A stretch of DNA of 63,035 bases, filler included, from Stramenopiles sp. TOSAG23-3 (taxonomy: Eukaryota), in the NCBI GenBank assembly GCA_900128585.1. It is 12 parts of 12 records of this genome, joined end to end, with 100 filler letters (N's around TTAATTAATTAA, not from the genome) between each part and the next. Parts side by side here need not be neighbours in the genome. Positions count along the whole stretch, not along the records: positions 26,536 to 33,056 come from LT643300.1; positions 33,157 to 39,673 come from LT643301.1; positions 39,774 to 46,281 come from LT643302.1; 9 more parts are not named here. The stretch is one strand, 5' to 3'. Shown piece after piece: positions 30,899 to 40,064 of this stretch. The notes beneath the pieces were generated by a model. That model had not been told where the DNA came from, searched no databases, and worked only from the letters and a program-made list of their open reading frames with translations. The translations under genes and the position numbers were made by a program. Numbering within the stretch: the stretch's first letter is position 1; every line of letters begins with the position of its first letter.

Positions 30899-32236
30899 AT
30901 GACAATGCGGCTAGTCCTACTGCTTGCCCTTGCGCTTACGTGCAACGTTTCTGCCTCGTACTGCAACGGGAAGCCTAACCCGGCTGCCAAGCCCAATTTG
31001 AATGCTATTGACAGCAGTCCGCCCACCCTGGTGCGCACAGTAAAAAATGGAAAGCTATACCATGTTGGCACTGGAGACGACAAGATTTCTCTGGTCCACT
31101 TGTACGGAACAGCGTACGAAAAAGGGTTTGCGCACGGTGCGGTCTTGAAGAACGATACTGCCGAGTTCTATTCTCGCGTCATACCGTACTTTGAAGAGAC
31201 CATTTTGCAGGCCATTAACGGGTCCGTGCCTTGGCTGCCGAAAGGGATTGCAAAGTGGATATCAAAGGTGGGGCTCGATGCCGCCCTTGACTTGACCTGG
31301 GACCTTACTGAAAAGTATACTGGCCAGTACTTCAAGGACGAAATCCAAGGCCTGGCCGACGCGAGCGGCGTCAACGTTAAGGACATCCGTCGCGTGCACA
31401 TGATCGGGGAATTGACCCAAGGGCACTGCAGCATGTACGGTGCATGGGGTGCCGCGACAAAATCCGGCGCAACCCTGCAACTTAGGGCGTTGGACTGGGA
31501 CATCGACGGCCCGTTCCAAGACTACCCGCAGGTCACCGTGTACCATGGCAGTGCTGAAGATGCCGACAGTGGACACTCGTTTGCGAACGTGGGTTGGACA
31601 GGATGGGTGGGGAGTATCAGTGGGATGTCCTCGAAGCAAATGGCTATCAGCGAGATTGGCGTCTCGTTTCCCGACAAATCGTTCGGGAAAACTTCCCGCG
31701 TCGGCATCCCATTCGTTTTCCTTCTGCGTGACATCCTGCAGTTTGACGATACCCTGGAGGATTCGATTTCGCGCATCACGAACGCCGACCGTACTTGCGA
31801 TTTAATCCTTGGCGTTGGGGATGGCAAACCGCAACAGAACAGCAGCAGTGCACCGTTTCGGGGGATCCAGTATTCCCACAGCGTTGCCAACTTCTTCGAC
31901 GACACGAACATGCTGCCGCACAATGACACATGGCACGCCCGTATTCCAGAAATGGTGTACTATGGCATGGACTGGCTGTGTCCTGGGTACTCTGTCGTGC
32001 TGCACAGGCAATTGAAAAGTTTGCACGGGGAGCTGTCCCCGGCGAGCACGATCAAAGACGTTGTCCCCATCGTTCAAACGGGGGACTTGCACGTAGTCAT
32101 CAGCGATTTAACTAATTTAAAACTGTACGTTGCGAACGCGAAAGGAAGCGCCGAGTCAGGCCCAACAAAAGCCTATGACAGGCAATTTGTGGGGCTCGAC
32201 ATGAAAGAAGTGTTTGCTGTTACTGAAGAAAACTAG
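30899..32236 (+). CDS. Secreted/lysosomal Ntn-hydrolase (peptidase C45 / acid ceramidase-like)
   Basis: Signal peptide; HLYGTAYEKGFAHG; EIQGLADASG; putative autocleavage Cys in GH-CSMYGAWG; LRALDWD. Confidence 0.75.
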   Translation: MTMRLVLLLALALTCNVSASYCNGKPNPAAKPNLNAIDSSPPTLVRTVKNGKLYHVGTGDDKISLVHLYGTAYEKGFAHGAVLKNDTAEFYSRVIPYFEETILQAINGSVPWLPKGIAKWISKVGLDAALDLTWDLTEKYTGQYFKDEIQGLADASGVNVKDIRRVHMIGELTQGHCSMYGAWGAATKSGATLQLRALDWDIDGPFQDYPQVTVYHGSAEDADSGHSFANVGWTGWVGSISGMSSKQMAISEIGVSFPDKSFGKTSRVGIPFVFLLRDILQFDDTLEDSISRITNADRTCDLILGVGDGKPQQNSSSAPFRGIQYSHSVANFFDDTNMLPHNDTWHARIPEMVYYGMDWLCPGYSVVLHRQLKSLHGELSPASTIKDVVPIVQTGDLHVVISDLTNLKLYVANAKGSAESGPTKAYDRQFVGLDMKEVFAVTEEN

Positions 32237-32600
32237 CAGCGCACTGGCATGTGCGTGTGCAACAGTATGACAAATGCCCCTTCATCAAATTTATAAGAGT
32301 TGAATATTTGATGATAGAAGTTTAAATGTAACTTTGGGAATTTGACAATGCATAAGGGAACAGTAGTGTAAGAGGGTTCGTACTCGTAAGAATTCTTAAA
32401 ACACGTTTTAATAACTCACAAGATTCTAAATTGGTAATTGTACGATATTTTTTATCGTGGATTATGTACGATAATGTACTACTGCCTCGTAATTGTATTT
32501 TCAAAAAATCCATGTCGGCGGTGGCGAACCACCGCGACGGGAAAGGAAGCCGGAAGCGGCGTTCGCTCCAAGGCCAGCACCAGGAGCCACCCCCCCACCG

Positions 32601-32840
32601 TTACGACGATTGTTTTACAATTTCCTCCACGATCCATTTCTTTTTCTTACTAATAGGCGCACACTCTGCAATCTTTACTGTATCTCCAAATGAGCACACT
32701 TCATGCTCGTCGTGCGCCATAAACTTTTTCCTATGTTTTCTAGCAGTATTCATACGAGCGTTCACGAGCAACCGTTCCACACGTACAACGACCGTTTTCT
32801 GCATAGCAGTTGACACCACCCTACCAATTAAAGCCGGCAT
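32601..32840 (-). CDS. rpsQ: Ribosomal protein uS17, bacterial type (probably mitochondrial)
   Basis: GRVVSTAMQKTVVVRVER..KKFMAHDE..GDTVKIAECAPISKKKKW; ATG at 32840. Confidence 0.93.
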   Translation of the reverse strand: MPALIGRVVSTAMQKTVVVRVERLLVNARMNTARKHRKKFMAHDEHEVCSFGDTVKIAECAPISKKKKWIVEEIVKQSS

Positions 32841-33156
32841 GCTGTTTTCTCTGCGCACTCTTCCCCAAACAAAATCGTGTAAACCCTACGATCGCGCAAT
32901 AATTATTATCACACAAAACAATGTTCCGCTGTTGTTGTGAATACTTGCCTGCGTAAATTTTAAAGTACAGAGGAATGAAACATTTTTAAAAGTATGATTA
33001 ATACTATAATATAATTGGCAATAATAATATATCAATATTTTATTATAACTAAAAAANNNNNNNNNNNNNNNNNNNNNNNNNNNNNNNNNNNNNNNNNNNN
33101 TTAATTAATTAANNNNNNNNNNNNNNNNNNNNNNNNNNNNNNNNNNNNNNNNNNNN

Positions 33157-34932
33157 TACGCTTCCGAGTGCACTCGCCGTGGCGATAAGCGTTGCCGTTT
33201 GTGTGCAACCTGTGCTAAAGGGTACCGTAGGCTGGATGGCGGGGGAATGCAGTGTGCCAAGTGTCCCGCGACGGAGATGAACTGGGCCTTGATGACCCTC
33301 GGAGTACTTGCTGTGTTTCTGATCGTCTCGGCTATGGTGATCGACCATATGATCAGCGGTGGTACAATTGACGTTCCCAACATGCAGCAAATTATTGTGA
33401 TAAACTATTTCCAACTGACCTACATGATTGCAGGGACGAATGTGGAGTGGCCAAATGCCTTGAAGATTATTTTTGACATTGAAGGGGCATTCAGCACAAT
33501 TGGGGAGCATCTGCTGAACCCGGCGTGCGAATTGACCACAGTTCCGGCAGCAGAAATTGTCTACAGCAAGCAGATTGGCTACTTGGTAGTGCTGCCGTGT
33601 CTACTGATTTTCCTCAAAGTGCTGTGGTGGCTGCTTGCCAAGTACCAAGGGCGCTCATACCGTTACCGTGGGGTTGATGGCCGGTCCCCTAGTCACAAGG
33701 ATGCAAGCGTTGCCACAATTGTGTACGTTGTATATTTGTCCTACCCAACACTCTGCCGGCAAGCCTTTGCGCTGCTTGTGTGCAAAGAAGTGGATGGCCT
33801 GTACTACTTGGAAGCCGACATGCAGGAGGAGTGTTACAAAGGTCGGCACCTGTACTATTTGATCTTTTGCACATTGCCCCAGATTGCGTTACATGTGGTT
33901 GGCCTTCCTATCCAAGGTTTGCTAGCCGCCAATCGGGGGAGAAAAAAGCGAGAAAAAATGCACTTCTCTATCTCGCTGTTTCGGTACGGGATGCTCTACA
34001 GCCCGTATGGCCCAAGTCGGTGGTTTTGGGAAGCTGTGGTTGCGTCTCGAAAGGCCATGATTGTGCTGGTGACGTCACTCTTTGACGAAGCAGGGCAGGA
34101 AATCCACTGGCTGGTATTGTTCCTTTCCGTATCCATCATGTTCAACCTGTTTCTGCAGCCATACGTTGGTGCCAAAGGGATAAACGAAAAGGATGCATTG
34201 GGCCTGCAGCGTTTTGATTCGACCGCATTGTTTGTCTTACTTGTGACGGCATGGTCAGGGGTGTACTTTGACATCAATCAAAGGTGTAACAGTGAGCAGA
34301 AGGTGGCATGCTCGGTTCTGCTTGTGTGTGTAGTTGCATTGAACGTTGGGTTCCTGTGCTTTTGTCTGTACCAGTTTAGGAACAAACTGGGGAGTATAAG
34401 GTCATTTGCTGTTGACATCATGAGTTGTGGGAAGACAAAAATGGTTGCGCGTAGCCGCAGGAAAACTCAGTGTCGAAACAGTAGACACACTCAGCATCAA
34501 AACAGTAGACACTTAAACCCCCTTGCGTTCCGTGCTTCATTTGTAAGGAAACAGACAGTCGAAAATCCAATGCTTGCCATTGAAAGTTTGGGCAACAAGG
34601 TAGTGGAAAGTCCACTGCAGAGGAAGAAGCAGCATGAAGGAAGGAGTTTAGAGTGGCGGGCCAAGGTGGTTGAGATGAGGACTCTGAGGGCACAAAGCAA
34701 AGCAGAGCGACTGATGAAGATCAGGAGGATAGCCTCGTACAAAATCCAAGCACAGAGGAAGCAGCAGTGCTCATATGAAGAAGGCAGGAGCAACCGAACG
34801 AGAAAGGATACGAAGTGGTTGAAAGCACTGGATCAGGAATCTGGGAAGGAATTCTACTGTAATGAGGAGACCAGGGAGGCTGCTTGGGAACTCCCAGATG
34901 GTTGCAAAGAAAGCCAGGAGGAGGATGTGTGA
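33157..34932 (+). CDS. 5'-partial multi-pass membrane protein (Cys-rich ectodomain end, about 7-9 TM) with C-terminal WW domain
   Basis: LCATCAKGY..CAKCP, many hydrophobic segments, YGMLYSPY..WFWEAV..RK motif; WW-like KWLKALDQESGKEFYCNEETREAAWELP. Confidence 0.8.
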   Translation, partial: YASECTRRGDKRCRLCATCAKGYRRLDGGGMQCAKCPATEMNWALMTLGVLAVFLIVSAMVIDHMISGGTIDVPNMQQIIVINYFQLTYMIAGTNVEWPNALKIIFDIEGAFSTIGEHLLNPACELTTVPAAEIVYSKQIGYLVVLPCLLIFLKVLWWLLAKYQGRSYRYRGVDGRSPSHKDASVATIVYVVYLSYPTLCRQAFALLVCKEVDGLYYLEADMQEECYKGRHLYYLIFCTLPQIALHVVGLPIQGLLAANRGRKKREKMHFSISLFRYGMLYSPYGPSRWFWEAVVASRKAMIVLVTSLFDEAGQEIHWLVLFLSVSIMFNLFLQPYVGAKGINEKDALGLQRFDSTALFVLLVTAWSGVYFDINQRCNSEQKVACSVLLVCVVALNVGFLCFCLYQFRNKLGSIRSFAVDIMSCGKTKMVARSRRKTQCRNSRHTQHQNSRHLNPLAFRASFVRKQTVENPMLAIESLGNKVVESPLQRKKQHEGRSLEWRAKVVEMRTLRAQSKAERLMKIRRIASYKIQAQRKQQCSYEEGRSNRTRKDTKWLKALDQESGKEFYCNEETREAAWELPDGCKESQEEDV

Positions 34933-35401
34933 GCTGGCCTAACTATAATATATTTAATGCTGTGTTTATATTCCCTCGTCCCTAACATTATAGACTATTG
35001 TATGAGTATAGCCTGTATATTACATTCCATTAGACTATTTTTGAATAGTCCTACTATTATTTAATATATTTAATAAAATCTTCTTTTTCTCTTTTTTCTT
35101 CTTCTTCCTCTTCTTTTCTTCTTTTTTATTTATTAAGTTATTATTATTATTAGTTATATAATAGTTACTCACGACTTAAAATTTGTACAATTATGAAAAT
35201 ATAAGATCATGATGTATATTTATATAAAAAATATGAACAATAAATAAACAAATTGAAATTCAACTGAAATAAGTTCTACATAGTTTGATTTTTGAACGGG
35301 GAACAGTTTGCACTGTACATCATAGAACGACGTAGTATTCATATTGTTGCACTCTCTCTCTTTTTCTTTCTCTCTCCGTCCGGCCCTTCGGTTTCTGGAA
35401 A

Positions 35402-36064
35402 ATGGCGTCCGAGGGGCGGACAAGTAGTGGGAGTGGTGGTGGTGAGGGTGGAATGCAGAAGATAGTAGAAGCAACGGCAAGGGAGTACACCAGTTTAGTT
35501 TTTCAAAGGGGCGCTTCAAACGCGAAGGCGGGAAAGGATGGCCGTCGCGTCTTGCAAGGCCCTGCGTCGGCGCTGATGGACGAGGTCGACAACATCTTGG
35601 AGTCGAGCCTGGTGCGGGCGGACGAGCTGAACGCAATTTTTCAGTCAGTGAAGGCGGAGTCGAACACGGCAACGGACATTCTCTTGCCCCAGCTAAGCCA
35701 GCACTGCCAGGAACTAAACCGCATGTTTGAGGTCATTGACGCCCTTGTAGCGGTTGTGGTGTCGCTGAAAGGGTCTGCGGAGGAGTTGGACAGCCGTTTG
35801 AAGAAAGTCCAGCACATTTACGACCTGCGCCACCCTTCTGGGTTCGACCGGCTCCTCGGTTCTATGACGGGCGGGATGGACGTTGGGAACAGCTCGAAGC
35901 CGAACGGTCCGCCGGAGATGCCGCCGTGGGACAAGGAGAATTTTATTGCCGACACGTCACCAATTTTCAAAGAAGCCCGACTGAGGTGGCTCGAATCGGG
36001 GACCGGGCCCGAAAACGACGAGACCAGCACCACCCGGGCGACGGCCTCGTCGATCGACGTGTAA
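35402..36064 (+). CDS. Putative BLOC-1 subunit 4 (cappuccino/CNL1-like)
   Basis: LVRADELNAIFQSVKAES..LPQLSQHCQELNRMFEVIDALVAVV resembles the BLOC1S4 core as I recall it; size is similar. Confidence 0.55.
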   Translation: MASEGRTSSGSGGGEGGMQKIVEATAREYTSLVFQRGASNAKAGKDGRRVLQGPASALMDEVDNILESSLVRADELNAIFQSVKAESNTATDILLPQLSQHCQELNRMFEVIDALVAVVVSLKGSAEELDSRLKKVQHIYDLRHPSGFDRLLGSMTGGMDVGNSSKPNGPPEMPPWDKENFIADTSPIFKEARLRWLESGTGPENDETSTTRATASSIDV

Positions 36065-36264
36065 GTTACCAAGGGGGAGCGCCAAAAAAGTTTAAAGCAA
36101 AAAAAAGTTGTTTTAAGAACCTTCTTATATACTTTCTATCGCACGAACTTAGAGTGTACGGGAGATGCCCTCTTGCTGAGCAAAGCTACAATTTTCATTG
36201 CAGTATTACATACTTCGTACGAGTTCGTATATTTTACTTCGTAATTATAAAAAAAACCAATATT

Positions 36265-36379
36265 AAAAACAAGAAAATTGGCTGTTATTTAAATAGGTTA
36301 ATTAAAATTAATGTACTGCGAACTGAACTCTAGATTTAGTAATTAAAATTTAGCTTTCTCATGTACCGCGAAAATGAAG
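36265..36379 (+). mobile_element. MITE-like repeat, left part
   Basis: AAACAAGAAAATTGGCTGTTATTT..AATTAATGTACTGCGAACTGAACTCTAG..CATGTACCGCGAAAATGAA. Confidence 0.85.
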
Positions 36380-36613
36380 ACAATTTAGTAAGAATTCAAA
36401 TAGGTTATATTTAATAGGCAATTTGATATATTGGAATGTCTTAAAACGTACGAAACTGTATTTAAACAAAATAAATATATGGTTTTTAAAAACAAAATCA
36501 ATTGCTTTTTCTGTCCTTTAAACGCCACTCTTTTCGATGCAACAGGAATCTCTGCCAGCGCTGGACATGACATCGATTCCTGCACTTCCTCGCGGTTTTG
36601 GTGCAGCGCCGTT

Positions 36614-39004
36614 TTATTTTTCGCTCAGGAATGAGTCGATGTTTCCAAAGATCGAGGAGGCCATGTCAGAGGGCAGGTTGTCGCCAAGGGTCTCTTCCAA
36701 CTGCAGGGGAAGGGATCCAAGCCCGCCAAGGCCTCCGGACTGGCCGACCGCCGGGGAGCTAACGCCCCCAAGCCCGTTGGCCCCTGGTCCCAGCCACAGG
36801 GAGCCTTGGGCTCCAAGGCTCTCGTTCGGGTTTCGGGCCCCGCTGTTCCCGACCATTCCCCAGCTCGAACGACCTTGCTGCATCTTCATCGCACTGCTCG
36901 AACCGTTCCCATCGCCGGGCTGGCCCCAGGACGAGCCCGCAAGCCTGGTGTCAAAGGAGCCGGCGCGCTGCTGGAAGAAGCCCACCGAGGGCGGCTGGGC
37001 CATGGGGCGATTCCCGCTCGCAAGGCCCTCTCCCACCGTCGGGGCTTGCGGCTGCGGGAGCCTGCCCCATTGCTGGGGAGGGAGCCCCCCCCCTCCCATC
37101 GGCGCCTGCTGCTGCTGCTGGGGCGCGCGCATCGTGGCCGCGCTGCCGCCGACCCGGCCCGCCATGGGCACCCCGATGGCGCCCATCTGCTGCGGAAAGT
37201 GGAGCTGAGGCTGCTGCGGGGGGGTCGGCGGCGCCTGGCCGCCCCCTGGGCGATCCCCAAGGCGGTTGTTGCTGGGGTTCGCGGCTTGGGCCTGCATCAT
37301 CGCCATGGCCTTGGCCTGCTGCGCCTGGGCCTGCCGCAGCCGCTCGGCCTCCAGGCGCAGCTCGTTCATTTGCTGCGCCAGGCGCTCGTTCTCCTCCCGC
37401 CGCCGGCGCTCCTCTTGCTCCCGGTGCTCTTGCTGCCGTCGGGCCTCGCGCGCCTCCTTCTCCCTGGCCTCTTGGGCGCGCCTCCTGGCCTCCTCCTCCT
37501 GGAGCCGGCGCTCGCGCTGCCGGCGCTCTTCTATGACCCGCTTCTGCCGTCGCATGTGCTCCTCGGCGTCCTGCCGCGCCTTGCGAAGCCGCCACTGGCG
37601 CTCCTCCTCCTCCCGTTTGGCGCGCTCCTCCTCTTCCTGCTTCCGCCGCACGGCCTCGGCCTCGGCGCGCTCTTTCCTCTTCTGCTCGGCCTCGGCCTTG
37701 TCCCGGGCGGCGCGTTCCCGAGCCTCCAGCTCGTCCTTCCGCCGCCGCTCTTCCTCCTTCTTCCGCCGGGCCTGCTCTTTCTTCTTCTTCTTCTTCTTCT
37801 CCTTCTTGGAGGCTTGAGCCTCTTCCGCGAACAGGTCGTTCAGGAGGTCCTGCTGGTGGACCCGGGCGCTGACCTCGGCGTTCCAGGACCCGATCGCGCG
37901 GTCGCCGAGGGACTTGCAGACGAGCAGCCCGAGGATCTGGTGGCCGTAGTTCAGGCGAAAGCTCTCGACGATGGAGTTCCCCGTGGGCTCCTCGCTGGGG
38001 TCCTGCCCAAAGAGCAGGTCGCCGACGAACTGCCGATTCCTCTCCTGGACGGTGTCGTCGACCTCCAGCCGCTTGCCGACCGGGCGCGAGATGACCAGCC
38101 GCTGGTTCGACCGTATCTTAAGGTCGGCCATGGTCAAGTGCTTGCCCTCCAAGGCCTTCCCTTTCCGCATGAGAATGACGGGCTCGAAGGAGTTGAACTT
38201 GGTCGAGGAGGGGCCGCCGCCGCCCCCCCCCGGGGGGTCATCCCCGTTCTCGTAGCCCCGGTTAACGTCATCGCTGATGATGGCCTCGAGCTCGCCGAGG
38301 GTGATGTCCTTGTCGAGCAGCATTCGAAACTGGCGGATGGGGCGGGGGTAGGTGAGGAGGTCCGTGAACCGGACGTACAGCTTGTCCCGGCAGTACCAGC
38401 ACTGCTTTTCCCCGACGCTCCACCCCCCGTGCCCCATGATGGCGTCGACCTTCCTGGATACCTGGCGGAGGGCGGGGGTCTCGCCGCCCCCTTTCGAAAA
38501 CACAACCACCTCCCCGCCGCCCTTCTTCTTCTTGCCGTTCTTCCCCTTCTTCTTGCCGCCGCCCTTCCGCTTCTGGGGGGCGCCGCCGCCGCCGTCGACG
38601 CGCTTGCAGATCCCGTTCATAATGTTGTCCCCGGCGCCGGCCTCTACGGTGTAGGTCGGCCCTTGGGCGACTTCGACGGTGACGCAGTGCTGGCACTCGT
38701 CCTTGTCGACGAAGCTTCCGAGGGACGTCTCGGGGAGGAAGTCCCCTTTCGGGGTGACGAAAATTTTAACCCCCGGCTGGTTCGACCGGGAGGTCGAGGA
38801 CTTCTTGCTCAGCGCCTTCCTCCACCGCAGGGAGACGTCTTTCTCTAGGGACGCCATGGAGGCCCGAAGGAGCTCTTGGCAAAAATCGCAGCACTGCTTT
38901 TTCAGCACGGTCGCCCCCTTGATCCGCTCGAGGTCGTTCTTTTGCCTTTCGTCCAGGCAGTTCCAGAACGTTGCAAGGCGCAGGTTCGGGTTCAGGTCGT
39001 CCAT
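36614..39004 (-). CDS. 796-aa protein: Cys-motif N-terminus (NST1-like), charged single helix/coiled coil, Q/G/P-rich tail
   Basis: FWNCLDERQKNDL..VLKKQCCDFC, further CxxC pairs (CQHC, CWYC), and LLNDLFAEE..KKEKKKKKK followed by an E/R-rich helix. Very GC-rich codons. Confidence 0.75.
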   Translation of the reverse strand: MDDLNPNLRLATFWNCLDERQKNDLERIKGATVLKKQCCDFCQELLRASMASLEKDVSLRWRKALSKKSSTSRSNQPGVKIFVTPKGDFLPETSLGSFVDKDECQHCVTVEVAQGPTYTVEAGAGDNIMNGICKRVDGGGGAPQKRKGGGKKKGKNGKKKKGGGEVVVFSKGGGETPALRQVSRKVDAIMGHGGWSVGEKQCWYCRDKLYVRFTDLLTYPRPIRQFRMLLDKDITLGELEAIISDDVNRGYENGDDPPGGGGGGPSSTKFNSFEPVILMRKGKALEGKHLTMADLKIRSNQRLVISRPVGKRLEVDDTVQERNRQFVGDLLFGQDPSEEPTGNSIVESFRLNYGHQILGLLVCKSLGDRAIGSWNAEVSARVHQQDLLNDLFAEEAQASKKEKKKKKKKEQARRKKEEERRRKDELEARERAARDKAEAEQKRKERAEAEAVRRKQEEEERAKREEEERQWRLRKARQDAEEHMRRQKRVIEERRQRERRLQEEEARRRAQEAREKEAREARRQQEHREQEERRRREENERLAQQMNELRLEAERLRQAQAQQAKAMAMMQAQAANPSNNRLGDRPGGGQAPPTPPQQPQLHFPQQMGAIGVPMAGRVGGSAATMRAPQQQQQAPMGGGGLPPQQWGRLPQPQAPTVGEGLASGNRPMAQPPSVGFFQQRAGSFDTRLAGSSWGQPGDGNGSSSAMKMQQGRSSWGMVGNSGARNPNESLGAQGSLWLGPGANGLGGVSSPAVGQSGGLGGLGSLPLQLEETLGDNLPSDMASSIFGNIDSFLSEK

Positions 39005-39070
39005 GGTTGGGTGGTGGTGGGGGGAGCAAGCAGGAACGGAAAGTAGAAAGAGTTAGGTTGAAACCCGCGC

Positions 39071-39073
<3 letters not shown>

Positions 39074-39110
<37 letters not shown>
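39074..39110 (+). repeat. (TC)n microsatellite
   Basis: Pure dinucleotide run about 70 nt upstream of ATG 39004 (- strand gene). Confidence 0.95.
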
Positions 39111-39113
<3 letters not shown>

Positions 39114-39599
39114 TGCAAATGAAAGAAACACGCAAACAATCAAACTCGAAAATAAATGAATATAAGTCGTAGAACACTATATTAAAATGGTCAAAATCAT
39201 TTGTAATAAATTTCTTAAGTTAAGCTTTAGCTATACTTTCATTTATATATAATAAGTGTGTGTGTTATTAGAAGATAAAAATCTAATAATTAATAAATAA
39301 TAATAATATCTTATTATTTTATTAGTAGTAGTTTATTACTTTTCTTCTTTCTCTTCTTTCTTCTCTTCTTTCTTCCTTCTTCTTCTTCTTTCTCTTCTTT
39401 CTTCTTCTTTCTCTTCTCTTTCTTCTTCCTTCTTCTTCTTCTTCTTCTTTTTTTCTTCTTGTTGTTTGTATTATTATTGTATATATTATTATTATTATTT
39501 TTTATCTCCTAAATATATTATATTAATTATTTTAAATAATTCTTCTATTTTTTAATTTTATTATTTCCAATCCTCCTCTTCTTTCTTCCTTTTCCTTTC

Positions 39600-39600
<1 letters not shown>

Positions 39601-39673
<73 letters not shown>
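39601..39673 (+). repeat. (TTTC)n microsatellite at contig end
   Basis: Perfect tetranucleotide run ending at the linker. Confidence 0.95.
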
Positions 39674-40064
39674 NNNNNNNNNNNNNNNNNNNNNNNNNNN
39701 NNNNNNNNNNNNNNNNNTTAATTAATTAANNNNNNNNNNNNNNNNNNNNNNNNNNNNNNNNNNNNNNNNNNNNTAGTATTCTCTCCCCTATAATGAAAAT
39801 AGAGCAGAATAGGGTAGAAAAGTAGAGTTACGGGGGAGTATGCAAAAACCTGGCCAACCTACTAATATAAATAATAAAATAATAATAAAAAAAATAATGG
39901 GGTTTGGAAAAAAAACAAGAGACGACTAATAATAACTTCAAACTGCCATTAAAATGCCATTATATACATTACTGTACCAGTTTTCAAGACTGCGAGGGCT
40001 TTTTGTGGCTTAGCAAACAAAAGCCCAAAACTACAAAAGAAGGGTGCACTGTAAGCCGTTGGGC

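Noticed and set aside
15456-32840. Bacterial contamination suggested by der, gltX and rpsQ
   Set aside because: No operon structure; they share contigs with clearly eukaryotic genes (BSD protein, SNW1) and the host repeat; Der has a presequence. They are best read as nuclear-encoded organellar proteins.
36806-38848. 680-aa Leu-rich + strand ORF
   Set aside because: Antisense shadow of the E/K/Q-rich - strand gene.
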